A DNA stretch of 37,034 nt from Candidatus Hydrothermarchaeum profundi. GTDB lineage: Archaea; Hydrothermarchaeota; Hydrothermarchaeia; Hydrothermarchaeales; Hydrothermarchaeaceae. The stretch covers positions 1-37,034 of the forward strand of contig MTMF02000018.1 of the NCBI GenBank assembly GCA_002011125.2. Direction: 5' to 3'. Below the pieces are notes generated by a model. The model was not told where the DNA came from. It was given only the letters and a program-made list of their open reading frames with translations, and did no database searches. Shown one piece after another: positions 34,959 to 37,034 of this stretch (positions are counted from its first letter, which is position 1; each line of letters begins with the position of its first letter). Position numbers and translations under genes: made by a program.

Positions 34959-35437
34959 ACCTCACACTCCGTTACCTTATACTCTCTGCATTCATAGTCT
35001 TCATATACACCAAGCGCCTTCAACACATTAATAACTCTTTTAACCCTATCACGGTGTAACTCTTTTATATCCACTTTATTAAACATTGCATCCCACTTAT
35101 CAGTTCTTACTCTAACAATAGCTTTTTCACCATCAAAAACATAGCACCAAACTTCGTCAATCTCAACGCTCCAACTATCATACTTCTCAACACTGCTAAT
35201 CACCTCTATATCATACTCTAAACCACGTACATATTTAGTCAATTCATCCAGCAACTCCTCTATTTCAACCAGTGGAGTAGTCCTAAATACCTCCTCATCT
35301 TCAAAATACACAACAAGCTCTTTATCATGTATAATACTCTTCGGTATACCAAGTCTCTTAAATAACTCTTCTCTATCTATACTTATACTTATTTTAGTTT
35401 CTATCTCATCCAATACATCCTTAACTCCAACTTCCAT
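34955..35437 (-). CDS. Hypothetical protein
   Basis: 160 aa, SD present. Confidence 0.75.
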   Translation of the reverse strand: MEVGVKDVLDEIETKISISIDREELFKRLGIPKSIIHDKELVVYFEDEEVFRTTPLVEIEELLDELTKYVRGLEYDIEVISSVEKYDSWSVEIDEVWCYVFDGEKAIVRVRTDKWDAMFNKVDIKELHRDRVKRVINVLKALGVYEDYECREYKVTECEV

Positions 35438-35525
35438 TCCTCTTCCACCTCCTTAACTTTCTTTACAATTTCTCTTCTCATCTCCTCAGTAATTGGAGGA
35501 GCTTTAAAATACTCAATATTGAACT

Positions 35526-35645
35526 TCAAAAACCGGACCTCCTCAGCAGTTCCCTTATAACGTCATCAATAGAAGTCATCCTCCATATAACCTTCAACTT
35601 CGTTAAATCCTTATGTACTTCATCGCTCAACCTTACTGTTTTCAT
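35526..35645 (-). CDS. Ribbon-helix-helix protein, 39 aa
   Basis: MKTVRLSDEVHKDL...SIDDVIRELL; GGTGA SD. Confidence 0.75.
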   Translation of the reverse strand: MKTVRLSDEVHKDLTKLKVIWRMTSIDDVIRELLRRSGF

Positions 35646-35800
35646 TTCTATCACCGTCCAAAAATCCATTAACATATCCATTAATCCAAGCCCTAAGCTC
35701 ATCAAATCCCATAGGCTCACTGTAAACATCTACACCTGCACTAGTATACATGTCCCACGCCAGTACTTACATCCAGAAAAAACGCAAACCGCTTTATCAG

Positions 35801-35926
35801 TCATTCTCCATCACCAACCTCATAAGTAATTGGCTCACATTCGATACCACAATTAGGACACAAGCCTAGGACCGCATCCTCTGACTCCCATCCACAGCTT
35901 GGACATCGACCATAATTACCAGTCAT
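35801..35926 (-). CDS. 41-aa zinc ribbon (not in ORF track)
   Basis: CPSCGW...CPNCG; ATGA coupling. Confidence 0.65.
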   Translation of the reverse strand: MTGNYGRCPSCGWESEDAVLGLCPNCGIECEPITYEVGDGE

Positions 35927-36168
35927 TCTCTGTCACCCAAAAAAGGTATCATATCATATATCCTATCCAACTCAAAACTCAGACCCACTAAAAATATCCT
36001 AACTTTCTCATCTCTGCACACATGAACCATGTCATTTATAGCATCTATTAGTATTCTTATCTCCTCAGCAACAACATCATTATCCCTAGCAATAGACTTC
36101 AACCTCTTATACGCTGACCACATTCTTTCAATCCTACTTTTGTCCATTTCTTCACTCATTTTTCTCAT
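35923..36168 (-). CDS. Hypothetical helical protein
   Basis: GGAGG SD buried in RNA element 3. Confidence 0.7.
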   Translation of the reverse strand: MRKMSEEMDKSRIERMWSAYKRLKSIARDNDVVAEEIRILIDAINDMVHVCRDEKVRIFLVGLSFELDRIYDMIPFLGDRE

Positions 36169-36218
36169 CCTCCTGTAGCCTGAGCATCTACTCAGGCTAT
36201 ATCAGTGAATGAGAAAAA
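36159..36218 (-). promoter_or_regulatory. Leader hairpin with relaxed BHB-like motif (element 3)
   Basis: 12-bp outer stem, ACUG/CAGG, AUA bulge, 10-bp inner stem; covers SD and ATG. Confidence 0.55.
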
Positions 36219-36247
36219 CATATACAACAAAAAATATAAAAAAATAT

Positions 36248-36670
36248 TTATTCAATTATTTCAACTTTGTAACCATGTTTCTCAAGGTATGCTATCATTG
36301 CCTCTGACTTCCAGCTAACTTGCTTTCCATAGACTTCTTGAAACACTGTCTTTAATGAACCATTAACCACATTTCCATTTTTGTCTTTAACAACATATTT
36401 CTTTCGTCCGCCACCTGTTGAATTTCTCCGAGTCCTAAATAATGTATCTCTTATAAATTCTGGAATATCATTAAGTTCGTTTTCTCTCTTCTCTTTCAAT
36501 GTCCTAATTTTCTCCTGTAATTTCTGAATCTCTGAATCAATTTTCTTTACTGATTTTATTTTCTGCTCAATGTCATCAATGCTAACATTATTTTTAGCCA
36601 TCTCTACGAGATGGCTTAATGTCAATCCCAATTTTTCCGCTTTCTCTAATGTTTTTATATCTATCTCCAT
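36248..36670 (-). CDS. Coiled-coil basic protein, first gene from right end (start uncertain)
   Basis: GGAGTGTGA SD before MEIDIK; heptads then basic domain. Confidence 0.7.
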   Translation of the reverse strand: MEIDIKTLEKAEKLGLTLSHLVEMAKNNVSIDDIEQKIKSVKKIDSEIQKLQEKIRTLKEKRENELNDIPEFIRDTLFRTRRNSTGGGRKKYVVKDKNGNVVNGSLKTVFQEVYGKQVSWKSEAMIAYLEKHGYKVEIIE

Positions 36671-36761
36671 TTTATCACACTCCATTTTTTTATCTTCATT
36701 AATATGTTGGTCCCATCCGAAACAATATATAAATGTTTCCAACGTTATGTTTTTATCTGAA

Positions 36762-36845
36762 ATGTCTATAACATAGATTTATATGTCTATAACATAGAAT
36801 TACACATAAATAACATAAAATTACATGTCTATAGTACAAATAATT
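36762..36845. repeat. Four 21-bp tandem repeats (ATGTCTATAACATAGA core)
   Basis: Units at 36762, 36783, 36804 (degenerate), 36825 (partial). Confidence 0.8.
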
Positions 36846-37020
36846 AAAAATAAGCTTCTCTATATCCAATAAATTAAATATCTATAACACATTATTAATA
36901 CTATCTATAAAACATCTCAAATATTTCACGCTGTTAAATCTTTCTTAATATAAAACTATCAAAATATTCATATTCCATAAAATAAAAAGATATAAGATTT
37001 TTTATAAGATTATTTTTATA

Positions 37021-37034
37021 AAAAAAAAAAAAAG
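37021..37034 (-). repeat. Right inverted terminal repeat (A)13G
   Basis: Reverse complement of 1-14; A-run is 14 long including 37020. Confidence 0.75.

Larger units (their letters stand above)
1..37034 (-). mobile_element. Archaeal virus genome, probably complete and linear
   Basis: Unidirectional dense small ORFs, archaeal SD and BRE/TATA motifs, PCNA/Cas4/RHH genes, structural module, inverted termini, no housekeeping genes. Confidence 0.9.

Noticed and set aside
35620-35804. Programmed frameshift joining a short MTDKAVC ORF to a downstream open frame
   Set aside because: The candidate T6 slippery site is followed by a stop in the target frame; no supportable model.
299-36776. All plus-strand ORFs in the track
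   Set aside because: Antisense shadows of minus-strand genes; Ser/Leu/Phe-rich, no SD sites or motifs.
36762-36845. CRISPR-like array at right end
   Set aside because: Units are contiguous 21-mers with no unique spacers.

Overview
The window looks like a complete (or near-complete) 37-kb genome of an archaeal virus. Essentially all real genes lie on the minus strand, tightly packed with archaeal GGTGA/GGAGG Shine-Dalgarno sites, and the two ends form a 14-bp inverted repeat (5'-C(T)13). Right to left: small early genes and RHH regulators; a replication/recombination block (SSB-like, Sak4-like ATPase, PCNA, XPD/DinG-like helicase, Cas4-like nuclease, Dam-family MTase, a minimal AEP-like protein, but no DNA polymerase); a beta-rich structural block (candidate single-jelly-roll capsid proteins, three LamG proteins, tail-anchored membrane proteins; no recognisable terminase, portal, HK97 capsid or packaging ATPase); and small terminal genes. 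Most striking: (1) two canonical and one relaxed bulge-helix-bulge (BHB) RNA elements in intergenic regions, suggesting the host tRNA splicing endonuclease processes viral mRNA and excises 143-nt and 70-nt RNAs; (2) a 134-aa AEP-like enzyme with a coupled partner gene in a polymerase-less genome with homopolymer ends; (3) a shared M[GS]FM[DEK][MK] N-terminus on five unrelated left-end proteins; (4) a palindromic operator shared by three promoters; (5) strong GATC avoidance. All family calls come from motif recognition by eye, not database searches.
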